A stretch of 63,914 nucleotides of DNA, filler included. It is 7 parts of 7 records of this genome, joined end to end, with 100 filler letters (N's around TTAATTAATTAA, not from the genome) between each part and the next. Parts side by side here need not be neighbours in the genome. Positions count along the whole stretch, not along the records: positions 1 to 8,572 come from SRR31147125_2393; positions 8,673 to 18,861 come from SRR31147125_2398; 5 more parts are not named here. The stretch is one strand, 5' to 3'. Of the stretch, positions 1 through 9,183 are shown piece by piece (the first letter of the stretch is position 1; each line of letters begins with the position of its first letter). The notes under the pieces are model-generated. The model was not told the DNA's origin. It worked only from the letters and a program-made list of their open reading frames with translations, and searched no databases. A program made the translations under genes and the position numbers.

Positions 1-13
1 AAAGGAAAGAAAA

Positions 14-493
14 ATGGCCAAGGTTGAGATAAGAAAAGCAATGCCTGATGATATCGAAATAGTATACAGGTTTTTAAAGGATCTTGCTACATATGAGAGG
101 GCTACTGATAAATTTGTGGCATCTATCGCTGATATACGTAGTGCTCTTTCGGGGAGAAGTCCATACATTGTAGCGCTGATTGCTTCTTTGGATGGGGTTG
201 ATGTAGGTTTTGCCACATACTTATTCAGCTATACTACATTTATCGGCAAGCCAAAAATGTTTGTTGAAGATATTTTTGTAAGTCCTGAACATCGTCGGAG
301 CGGGGCTGGAAAAGCGCTCTTTGTCAGGCTCGCAGCAATAGCTAAAGAGCATGATGCTGCAAGAATAGAATTGCAGGTTCTCAACTGGAATGACTGTGCT
401 GTTGATTTTTATGAATCTCTCGGAGCAGACTTTGTCAGTAACTGGCTGCCTTATGCGATTGAGAAAGAGCATTACGTTCAGCTGCTGGACTGA
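14..493 (+). CDS. GNAT family N-acetyltransferase (SSAT/diamine acetyltransferase-like)
   Basis: Acetyl-CoA motif A 'VEDIFVSPEHRRSGAGKALF', plus 'VLNWNDCAVDFYESLGA' and N-terminal 'LATYE' typical of SSAT-like GNATs. Confidence 0.85.
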   Translation: MAKVEIRKAMPDDIEIVYRFLKDLATYERATDKFVASIADIRSALSGRSPYIVALIASLDGVDVGFATYLFSYTTFIGKPKMFVEDIFVSPEHRRSGAGKALFVRLAAIAKEHDAARIELQVLNWNDCAVDFYESLGADFVSNWLPYAIEKEHYVQLLD

Positions 494-776
494 TATTCAG
501 CAAGCAGCAGCATGATGGAAGTATTGGTTTCTGGGTTTCTGTTGTAAATATACACTAGCTTTTGACCATCTTCTCAATTTGTGCTTGTACTTTACAAGTT
601 AATTTAATAATATTACTATTATGAGAAAGTATGATATATTGTTCTTGGGGTGCAGGTATTCAGTATTTGTTAAGTATGCTTGTGAAGTCAGGGGCGTGTT
701 TTTTGCAAATTAGCGTGAATTATAAAGTTATATTTTGAGTCATAGAAGATTTACAGTTAGAGACAGGAGTTGGTTG

Positions 777-1574
777 ATGAATGAAAAGATGCAGCAGGAT
801 ATGGTAGAGCTGAATAAAATCTATCAGAAGGCGCCGGATGTGCCATGTAATAATTGTGGCAGGTGCTGTGTAAGTCCGCATTTTTCCTTTATAGAGCTTA
901 TTCCTCTGCTGTATAACATGGCTGGGATATTTACTGAAGAAGAACTACGATTGATGGTTTCGTCTGAACCGATAATCTCGGAATATCATATGACGAATAT
1001 TGTCTGTCCATTGCTCCGTGATAATAAGTGTTCATGCTATGCAACCAGACCGCTATCCTGTAGGCTTGAAGGGATTGATGTCCTTGATAAGCTGATTCAC
1101 CGTGATAGAATATGTACCTTTCAGAGTGGGGCTGTGCCGGAAGAGATGTATGGTGGGGTCGAGATTGAGCATGCGCTTGAAGAAGCTACAAAGATAAATA
1201 CCAGATATTGTTATCCGCTGGAGGAGCCATATTACTTTGACTCGGTAAATCTTCACTGCTGGTTTGCGGTTATGTTTGATAAGGATATCAAGCAGGAGTT
1301 CTTCCTGGATTTGAGGGAGAAGATCTTTAAAGAGATTGACCTGCGCTATCTTGCAGATAGCTATGTCAATCATACCAGACTCAATGAGAAAATTGACCTG
1401 ATTGATAGGTTCTTTGAGCTTAATAATGAACACAAGGCTGAGGACGCTCTGGAATGTATGCTCAAAGTAAATGAAGACTTTGTGTATACTGGAGCATACT
1501 TTTATCCGCAATCGAATGTGTATATAAACTTTATGCGGGATCTTGTAAAGAAGATTGAGCCGGAAGAAGAATAG
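777..1574 (+). CDS. YkgJ-like CxxCxxCC cysteine-cluster (Fe-S/Zn) protein with helical C-terminal extension
   Basis: CNNCGRCC ... CPLL-x4-CSCY-x2-RPLSCR pattern; AGGAG before ATG at 777 (ORF track starts at 735). Confidence 0.75.
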   Translation: MNEKMQQDMVELNKIYQKAPDVPCNNCGRCCVSPHFSFIELIPLLYNMAGIFTEEELRLMVSSEPIISEYHMTNIVCPLLRDNKCSCYATRPLSCRLEGIDVLDKLIHRDRICTFQSGAVPEEMYGGVEIEHALEEATKINTRYCYPLEEPYYFDSVNLHCWFAVMFDKDIKQEFFLDLREKIFKEIDLRYLADSYVNHTRLNEKIDLIDRFFELNNEHKAEDALECMLKVNEDFVYTGAYFYPQSNVYINFMRDLVKKIEPEEE

Positions 1575-1592
1575 ACTTGTCGGGAGTGTAGA

Positions 1593-4502
1593 TTGGTAGA
1601 TATCTTCTTTGATGCTTATGAGAAAAAGCTGCTTGACCAGATTGCTGCATTCAGTATTACTCAGCAGGGAAGGGAGGTCTTTTCTTATAATGCCTTTACC
1701 TCTCATCCTGAAGGTATACTCGAACTGGCTGTTGAGAAAGAGATCAGGATCGCCAAGGCATTGTACTTCATTCTCAGTGCTGATTCTATGAGAGATATCG
1801 GGCATCGACTCAAGGCTCTTGAAAGGTTGTGCGGTGATATCTTCTCTGTAAAAAGCGGCTTGCGCAAGAATGCTGCACGAGTGCTTATTGAGATTATGAA
1901 GGCGTTGCTGAGTGAGATCAGGAGTGATAATGAGCGTCGGCAACTGGAATTGCTCCGTGACTTTCGTGAAACCTTTTCCGGAAAGCCTGAAATTGTACGC
2001 AGGCAACTGGAGATATATCAGTTGCTGGAGATTCCAGAGGATGAATCTCAGCTGACATTTGATGATACTGTAAACAATTCGAGTAAACTCAATAAAAAGA
2101 ACCCAACCCATCTTATTCTTGATGCCTGGATCAAAGGTGTCAGAAGACTCCAGATAATCTATGGTTATTATGTAAAGCCTGAAACTGTAAGGGAAATACT
2201 CACTGCTGCTGAGATATTTGATGTCGAAGTGGAGATCGGGATAGAGTATCCTCTCTTTCATTATGGTAAATTTATCAGATTTGTCTGGAATCCTGTCGGC
2301 TTTTATACCGCAGACAGTTACTTGAGGTTTCTCTCTTCTGAGCCTGTTAAAAAGATTCAGGATAAAGGGCGGGAAATCTGCGGTTTTCATCAGGAAAAAA
2401 TATGTGCTCTGCTCCAGTTGTTCAATAAGCAGGTTCGTCAAAAGCTGATTGCTGATTATGGTATTAGTCTTACAAAATTATCTGTTGTGGATTACAATGC
2501 ATTTCTTGCTGGAGAGGATGCATGTGAGGTAAATCTCAGTGAGTATATTTATACAGAGATAATGTTGCAGAATATTGATTATCGGGCTGGTAGCATGATT
2601 ACTGAGGATAAGGGGTCACTTGAGCGAACTAAAAACCAGTTGATACCAGAGTTTATTTTATTGAATTGTCTCAATCCGCTGTTGCAGGAAGTTGATGATG
2701 ATTCTGAGCGTTGCAGGACGCATGGCAGTATGGCTGACAGTATGAAAAATCTGATCAAGACTCTTAATAATACCGGCTGCGCATATAATATGACTCTTCT
2801 TACAAGTAATATCGAGCCGTGGGAGGTTCCTGAGCTTTTGTATAAGAGTAAGGGGTGTATCTCTGCTGTTGAAATATTTAACTTGCGTGATTATACCTTG
2901 GCTGAGCAGGGGGCAAGGCAGTATGGTCATGCGCAGATAAACAGTTTTCGTAAAGCTCTCAATACTGGAAGAGTGAGCCGAATCAAAAAAAAGCTGACTC
3001 TTTTTATCTCTACTGTCAAGAGCAGTGAGTTGGAGCATAAAGAGAAGCTGATTGAAAATTTGGAAAAAGTCAGAAAAAATATTGGAAAGCTACTGGTGCG
3101 ATATGCAAAAAAACATATCGATGCAGCCATAGGTAGTGGTTCGGCAGGTCGGGGGAAGGTCTTTTATGGTATGGGCTTTGTGGTGGAGCAGAGTCTGCCG
3201 AGATCTGCAAGGAAGGTTTTACGTCAGGCCGGGAAAGAGGAGCACCTTGCTTTGCCGCTTGGCTGTCAGGTCTTTAGGCAGGTAAAGTATCTCAGTGGCG
3301 GGCGGGGAGTAAAGACATTCAGGCGGCGGCTGCTTGCATGGAAGAACAGGGATCATCTCTGGCTCAGGCAGAAAGTCAAAGAGGTTGAGAACTCTCTGGA
3401 AGGTAATATCTATACTCTCAGCGGACGTTTTGGTGAGAGGCAGCAGCAGAGAAAGTTTGGGCGTTGGGGTTATCTTTATAATTATATCAATACTGATATT
3501 AAGAATATCTGTAAAGTACTGATTGGCTTCATACCAGCTTTTCTCACTTTTTATTTTGTTGCAGACTGGTGGGTGCTCAAATATGGTGGCGGGTTAATCT
3601 GGTTTCTGATCACTGGCGGGAGGAATCTGTTGCAGGCCTTACTGGCTGCCGGGGCGCTCAATAAATCTGCTCTTGTCGGTTGGCAGAGTTTTGTAGATAA
3701 AAAGCGGATTGCTGAAAGTCTGATGTTTACTGGCCTCTCGGTACCACTGCTTGAGTATCTGGTTAAGAATATCTTTCTGGCAAATATTCTTGGAGTAAAT
3801 GCCGGGGAAGATCCGGTTACTGTTTATGCGGTGATGTCAGCTGTAAATGGAGTATATATCTCGCTGCATAATATTTATCGGGGATTTCCACTACTGGCTG
3901 TAGTCGGCAACCTCTTCAGGTCTGTACTGGCGGTGCCTGCCTCGCTTGTTCTCAGCCTCCTTCTCGGAGAGTCACTCTCTTTGATAGGAGTAGTTGGAGT
4001 CGGAGTGATCATAACCAACTGGTCTGCTGTTATTTCAAAAACTGCTTCTGATACTGTTGCCTGTCTTATCGAGGGGTTTGCCGATAGAGGGAGATATTTT
4101 TCGTTAGCCCGTAGAGTTATGGAGGAGTTGGAGCATAAATTCTTCTCCGTTTGTGAACGCATTGAGCTACTTTTTCCGAAAAAATCTATACAGGATGTTC
4201 TCAGTGGGGCTGTATTGTCTGAGGAGCACCCTTCATATAAAACCAGAAAGCTTGATAGTGAACTGATTCTCTGGTTGCTTGATCTGATGTATTTCTGGAG
4301 TCACAAACCACGGTCGCAGGAGACCATCAGAGATTACCTCGGGAAACTCAATGCAAGTGAGAAGAAGGTCTGGTGTGGGGCATTGGCAGCACTAGGGAAT
4401 AAAAAGCAGGTAGAGAAAATTATTGCTGAGCTTGGTGAGTCGAGGAAACAGAAAGTGGAAGTGTTTTTAAAAAATACAGTAGGAGCTTTATCGCTGATAT
4501 GA
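1593..4502 (+). CDS. Large uncharacterised protein: N-terminal soluble region with degenerate PHP-like fold, C-terminal multi-TM domain
   Basis: 969-aa ORF with TTG start 18 nt after the upstream stop; several hydrophobic segments after about aa 640; 'THLILDAWIKG' and 'VEIGIE' blocks recalled from an uncharacterised family. Confidence 0.65.
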   Translation: MVDIFFDAYEKKLLDQIAAFSITQQGREVFSYNAFTSHPEGILELAVEKEIRIAKALYFILSADSMRDIGHRLKALERLCGDIFSVKSGLRKNAARVLIEIMKALLSEIRSDNERRQLELLRDFRETFSGKPEIVRRQLEIYQLLEIPEDESQLTFDDTVNNSSKLNKKNPTHLILDAWIKGVRRLQIIYGYYVKPETVREILTAAEIFDVEVEIGIEYPLFHYGKFIRFVWNPVGFYTADSYLRFLSSEPVKKIQDKGREICGFHQEKICALLQLFNKQVRQKLIADYGISLTKLSVVDYNAFLAGEDACEVNLSEYIYTEIMLQNIDYRAGSMITEDKGSLERTKNQLIPEFILLNCLNPLLQEVDDDSERCRTHGSMADSMKNLIKTLNNTGCAYNMTLLTSNIEPWEVPELLYKSKGCISAVEIFNLRDYTLAEQGARQYGHAQINSFRKALNTGRVSRIKKKLTLFISTVKSSELEHKEKLIENLEKVRKNIGKLLVRYAKKHIDAAIGSGSAGRGKVFYGMGFVVEQSLPRSARKVLRQAGKEEHLALPLGCQVFRQVKYLSGGRGVKTFRRRLLAWKNRDHLWLRQKVKEVENSLEGNIYTLSGRFGERQQQRKFGRWGYLYNYINTDIKNICKVLIGFIPAFLTFYFVADWWVLKYGGGLIWFLITGGRNLLQALLAAGALNKSALVGWQSFVDKKRIAESLMFTGLSVPLLEYLVKNIFLANILGVNAGEDPVTVYAVMSAVNGVYISLHNIYRGFPLLAVVGNLFRSVLAVPASLVLSLLLGESLSLIGVVGVGVIITNWSAVISKTASDTVACLIEGFADRGRYFSLARRVMEELEHKFFSVCERIELLFPKKSIQDVLSGAVLSEEHPSYKTRKLDSELILWLLDLMYFWSHKPRSQETIRDYLGKLNASEKKVWCGALAALGNKKQVEKIIAELGESRKQKVEVFLKNTVGALSLI

Positions 4503-4711
4503 AGGAGATGCTTCATAAATAAGTCTGTTGCTTTTGAGGCAACAGGAAGTTTATGATAATAGAGGTGTGGAGAATAAGTAAGTAAGATAGTTTGAGGCTC
4601 TAAAAGAACAATTCGGGAGGGGGCGAAAACGTTCTTTGGAGTGCTGGAAATGATGTTTTTTTATGAGCAAAAACTATTTAAGATATTTCAGGGTAAATAA
4701 TAATAATATTC

Positions 4712-4739
4712 TTGACATTTTTAGACGTTGGAATATCAT
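4712..4739 (+). promoter_or_regulatory. Candidate sigma70 promoter for nusA-infB
   Basis: TTGACA (4712-4717), 16 nt spacer, TATCAT (4734-4739). Confidence 0.45.
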
Positions 4740-4789
4740 AATACGTGTGAAGTCCGTATAGAACAGGTTTATAATCTGAATTTTATATA

Positions 4790-4824
4790 GGAGCGAGTCA
4801 GAGTGACTCGCTCCATTTATTTTA
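4790..4824 (+). promoter_or_regulatory. nusA leader hairpin (rimP-leader-like attenuator)
   Basis: Perfect 11-bp stem GGAGCGAGTCA/TGACTCGCTCC with a 3-nt loop and interrupted T tract ATTTATTTT, about 70 nt before the nusA start. Confidence 0.55.
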
Positions 4825-4883
4825 TAGTTTTTTGTCATAATTCTGGCGCTATATTATGGCAGTATTGAGTGGAATAAAAAAAT

Positions 4884-6242
4884 ATGAATAACGAAGAATT
4901 ACTCCGACTTATTAATAGTATTCACATGGATAAGGGGATTGATAAAGAACTATTGTTTGAAAGTCTGGAAGCGGCTTTAGTATCTGCTGCCAGAAAAAAG
5001 TATACTGAGGTTGAAGAACTGCGTATAAGAATCAAACGGGATAATGGTGATCTGGTATTGCTGGATGGGGATAGACCTCTACGCATTCTTGAGCCGAGTG
5101 AATTCGGTAGAATTGCTGCTCAGACAGCCAAGCAGGTTATGATCCAGCGTATTCGTGAGGCAGAGAGCGAAGTTGTCTTTGAAGATTATCAGGAGAAAGC
5201 CGATACAATTGTAAACGGTACTATCTCACGTGTTGAGCGTGGTACTGTAGTACTCAATATCGGTAAGGCTGATGGTATCCTGCCACGTCAGGAACAGATC
5301 CCTTCTGAGAATTACAGACCGGGTGAGCGTCTGCGTTGTTATGTTGTGCAGGTGCGTAAAAAAGGTAATAAAGTTCTTATTGTGCTCTCAAGAACTCATC
5401 CAACTCTGGTAAAAGAACTCTTTGAATTGGAAGTTCCTGAAATCACTGAACACATTGTTGAGATCAAAGGGCTTGTACGTGAGCCTGGTTACAGAACAAA
5501 ACTCGCTGTATATTCTTCTGACAGTAAAGTCGATGCTGTTGGGGCATGTGTCGGTATCAGGGGTAGTCGAATTCGTAACATCGTTGAAGAGCTTAATGGC
5601 GAGAAGATTGATATTGTGCGCTGGCATGAAAGCGAAGAGATCTTTATTCGTAATGCTCTCTCTCCGGCTGAAGCTGAATCAATTGACTTTGACCGCAGAC
5701 GTAATCGTGCTCGTGTGCTGGTTGAGAACGATCAGCTGTCGCTGGCTATCGGGCGTAAAGGGCAGAATGTTCGCCTTTCAAGTAAGCTGACTGGTTGGGA
5801 TCTTGATATTATGACTGTTGATCAGCATACAAAATGGCGTGAGCTTGGGCATGAAGAGATTGCCAGCCTTCCGGGTGTCGGTGACCAGACAATTAATAAC
5901 CTCTTCCTTACTGGGTTTGAATCATTCCAGGATATCGTTGAGCTGGGTGTTGAAGAACTCATGAAGATCAAGGGTATTGCTGAGAAAAAAGCCGAAGAAA
6001 TTTATCAATTTGCCCTCAATGGTTATCAGGAGCGTATTGCTAGAGAACAGAGAGCCTCTGTTGAAGCAAGACAGAAAAGAAATAAGAAGAGATCAGCTCC
6101 TTCTATGCCTCTGCTCAATGAGCAGCTCAAGGAAGAGAATACTGAGAATGCAGCAGAGTCTGTTGTTGAAGAAGTAAAAGAGGAAAGCTCTGAGCCTGTT
6201 GCTGAAGAAGCCGGTGAAGAGAAGAGTGATGCTGCTGAATAA
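4884..6242 (+). CDS. nusA: Transcription termination/antitermination factor NusA
   Basis: 'FGRIAAQTAKQV', S1 domain, KH motifs 'GACVGIRGSRI' and 'LAIGRKGQNVRL', C-terminal HhH-like segments. Confidence 0.97.
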   Translation: MNNEELLRLINSIHMDKGIDKELLFESLEAALVSAARKKYTEVEELRIRIKRDNGDLVLLDGDRPLRILEPSEFGRIAAQTAKQVMIQRIREAESEVVFEDYQEKADTIVNGTISRVERGTVVLNIGKADGILPRQEQIPSENYRPGERLRCYVVQVRKKGNKVLIVLSRTHPTLVKELFELEVPEITEHIVEIKGLVREPGYRTKLAVYSSDSKVDAVGACVGIRGSRIRNIVEELNGEKIDIVRWHESEEIFIRNALSPAEAESIDFDRRRNRARVLVENDQLSLAIGRKGQNVRLSSKLTGWDLDIMTVDQHTKWRELGHEEIASLPGVGDQTINNLFLTGFESFQDIVELGVEELMKIKGIAEKKAEEIYQFALNGYQERIAREQRASVEARQKRNKKRSAPSMPLLNEQLKEENTENAAESVVEEVKEESSEPVAEEAGEEKSDAAE

Positions 6243-6656
6243 TGTTGAGGTGATTAAATATTGATTCCAAAATTCAGAGTGAATAATTTATGGAATTTAT
6301 AATTTATAACATTATCAATACTTGCGAAGCATTATTAATTGTGTAAAATTATTGATAGTACATTGGTATTATAGCATATGGTCTTACTGCGGTGGTGGTA
6401 GGTTTGTTGCTTTCGGTCGTAAATTTGTGAGACAGACTCAAATTTTTCAGGAGATGGAATGATAGAGGTAATGCAGAGTTAATCTGCGGCAAGTTCCTTT
6501 TAGATTGTAGTAATATAAAGGAACGGTGCGTGCTGCAGGGTGGGAGGTGTATTGGATATAGTGATTAGACCCTGTGAGCTTGGGTTATCTCGATTGTTGA
6601 TTATCGGTTTTATGAGATAGTTTTTTAGGTATTATTATTTCAGATTGGATTACTTG

Positions 6657-8572
6657 ATGCGTTTTTATGAACTTGCTGCAAAAATTGGACTGGAAAAAAA
6701 GGACTATCAGGTTCTTTTGGATTATGCTAATGAAAATGGCTACACAATTAAAAATTCTTTGGATAAAGTAGATACTGAAGTTGTTACATGGGTTGAGGGG
6801 AATTCCTCTCAGTTGCCTGCGCTTATTGAACAGGCAAAAGAAAAGATAAAGACAACACGAACTCAGAAAAAACGCGTACCTGCCAGAAGAAAACGTGTTA
6901 CCAAAAAGAAAGCTACCGTAGCTGGGAATACTGAGGTTGAGAATAAAGCTGTTGTTGAGAGTAAAGTTGTGAAAGAAGAAGTAAAAGAGAAGAAAGGAAC
7001 TCCTGCTCCAGAAGCGAAACAGGAGAAAAAGCCTGCAGTGAAGGCAAAGGTTGAGAAAGCTACTGTTCCTGCCCCTAAAGCAAAGGCTGAGAAAGCACCT
7101 GCTCCTGCAGCAAAAGCAAAGGCTGATAAGGCTCCTGCAAAGAAAGCTGTTGCTTCTGGTAAAAAAGGGAAAACTGAGAAGAGTGCTCCAGCTGTAGAGA
7201 AAAAGGGACAGCCTGCTAAACGAAACGAGAGAAAAAATACCGACAATAAAGCTGCTCCTAAAGGAAAAGCTACTGTAAGTAAAGCTCAGCAGAATAAGTA
7301 TGCGAATAAGCAGCAGGGTAAGAATAAGAGAAACAACCAGAGAAATACTAACCCTAACGCTAGAAAGTCATTCAGACCTACTAAAGAAGCCAAGGTTGTT
7401 CTTGATGAAGAGAATAAAAATCAGGCAGATGCTCATACAGTTCATAAGTTTAAAAGAGCTGACTTTAAAGGGCAGATGAGTAAGCCGGAACTTCCTGCAA
7501 TCTTTGCTGCTATGGATTCTGAGTATACTAGAAGCATCAGGTCGACTGGCGGTAGAAAGAAACAGTCAAGAGGGCGTTCTGGGCAGTCTGGTGTTGGGCA
7601 GGGTATTGGTGGAGGTAAAAGAGGCGGTAAAAGAGGTAACAGAAATCAGAAAGCCAATAAACAGCCTGAAGTAAAGCTTACTCCATACGCATTTGTCGGA
7701 ATGAGTATGCGTGATCTCTCATCTTCTTTCGGTATCAAGATTAATCAGATCCTCGGGTTTATGATGAAGAGTGGGCAGATGATGTCTGTAAATGATGTTG
7801 TCAATGAAGATGAAATTACTCTTATCGCTGAAGAATTCAAGGTTGAGTTTGAGTGGAAAGCTGATGATGACCTTGAAGTACAGGTTGAAAAAGAGATTCA
7901 GAAGGATGAGGAAATTGCTGGGGATTCAGAAGTAACTGAAAGACCGCCTGTTGTGACCTTTATGGGACACGTTGACCATGGTAAGACTTCGCTTCTCGAT
8001 AAAGTACGTGATACAAGAGTTGCTGCTGGTGAGCATGGTGGTATTACACAGCATATCGGGGCGTACTCTGTAGAGCAGAATGGGCAGAAAATTACCTTCC
8101 TGGATACTCCGGGGCATGAAGCATTTACTCAGATGCGTGCGCGTGGGGCAAACTTGACTGATGTTGCTGTGCTTGTTGTGGCTGCTGATGATGGGGTGAT
8201 GCCGCAGACTAAAGAAGCTTATGCACATGCTAAAAATGCGGGTGTTCCGGTTGTGGTTGCAATCAATAAGTGCGACCTGCCAAATGCGAACCCTGATAAA
8301 GTGAAACAGGAGTTATCGAATCAGCTTGAACTTCTTCCTGAAGAGTGGGGTGGATCGGCTGGTATTATTGAGGTGTCTGCTCATACTGGACAGGGTATTG
8401 ATGAGCTGCTTGAGCGTATTCTGCTTGAGTCTGAAATGCTTGAGTTGTCTGCTAACCCTGCTCGTAAAGCTGTTGGGCACGTTATTGAATCTGAAATGAC
8501 TGAGAATAGAGGTGTTGTTGCTACTATTCTTGTAAATGACGGTACTCTTAGACGTGGTGATATTCTACTGAC
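6657..8572 (+). CDS. infB: Translation initiation factor IF-2 (3' truncated by contig end)
   Basis: '[20 protein letters not shown]', '[10 protein letters not shown]', 'DTPGHEAF', 'NKCD'; long K/A-rich N-terminus. Confidence 0.97.
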
Positions 8573-8672
8573 NNNNNNNNNNNNNNNNNNNNNNNNNNNN
8601 NNNNNNNNNNNNNNNNTTAATTAATTAANNNNNNNNNNNNNNNNNNNNNNNNNNNNNNNNNNNNNNNNNNNN
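8573..8672. other. Artificial contig spacer
   Basis: N44-TTAATTAATTAA-N44, stops in all six frames. Confidence 0.98.
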
Positions 8673-8967
8673 CGACCATGCCAACGAAATGGAAACCAGT
8701 ATGATTATGCATTATTTCCCTGAATTGGTTTTACCGCTTGAAGAAGCAGGCACAGGTTCAGCAAAAAAAGTTAAACTAAAAGGATTGAAAGAAGGAGTTG
8801 CGTGGGCGCCTCGTCAGTGGGACAAAGTTTCGACTGATACCGGCATTGGAAATCCGAAAAAATCATCGGCTGAAAAAGGGAAAAAGTTTTTAGTGGATAT
8901 TACTGATAAAATTGCCGAATATTTTATTGAGCTGGCTGCATGCGATACAGATAATCTTTACGAATAG
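8673..8967 (+). CDS. Creatininase family protein, C-terminal fragment
   Basis: 'DHANEMETS' and 'DTGIGNPKKSSAEKG' creatininase-family motifs. Confidence 0.85.
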
Positions 8968-9135
8968 AACATTAATATTTGTTTGCCTCATCAACATCTA
9001 AAACCTATTCTGTAATTCTTTTGGCATTTTGTATACAAATGACCCAAACGTAAAAAATAAACATTTAGAAAAGCGTAAGCATTGAAACATGCCAATAAAG
9101 CGATAAATGTCACATTGCCACGCCATTTGAAAAAG

Positions 9136-9143
9136 TATATTTG
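9136..9143 (+). promoter_or_regulatory. Bacteroidota primary-sigma -7 box (TAnnTTTG)
   Basis: TATATTTG 40 nt upstream of the S46 peptidase ATG. Confidence 0.5.
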
Positions 9144-9183
9144 CAAACTCAAAAAAAATAAAATTGATACAAACATTTATAAA

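Noticed and set aside
1053..2441. 462-aa minus-strand ORF
   Set aside because: Antisense shadow of two plus-strand genes, with no recognisable motifs
6863..7246. Hydrophobic Ala/Phe-rich 127-aa minus-strand ORF
   Set aside because: Antisense of the Lys/Ala-rich IF-2 linker
8617..8628. Recurrent TTAATTAATTAA as a biological repeat or CRISPR repeat
   Set aside because: Always embedded in N44 runs at contig breaks; it is a synthetic six-frame stop linker
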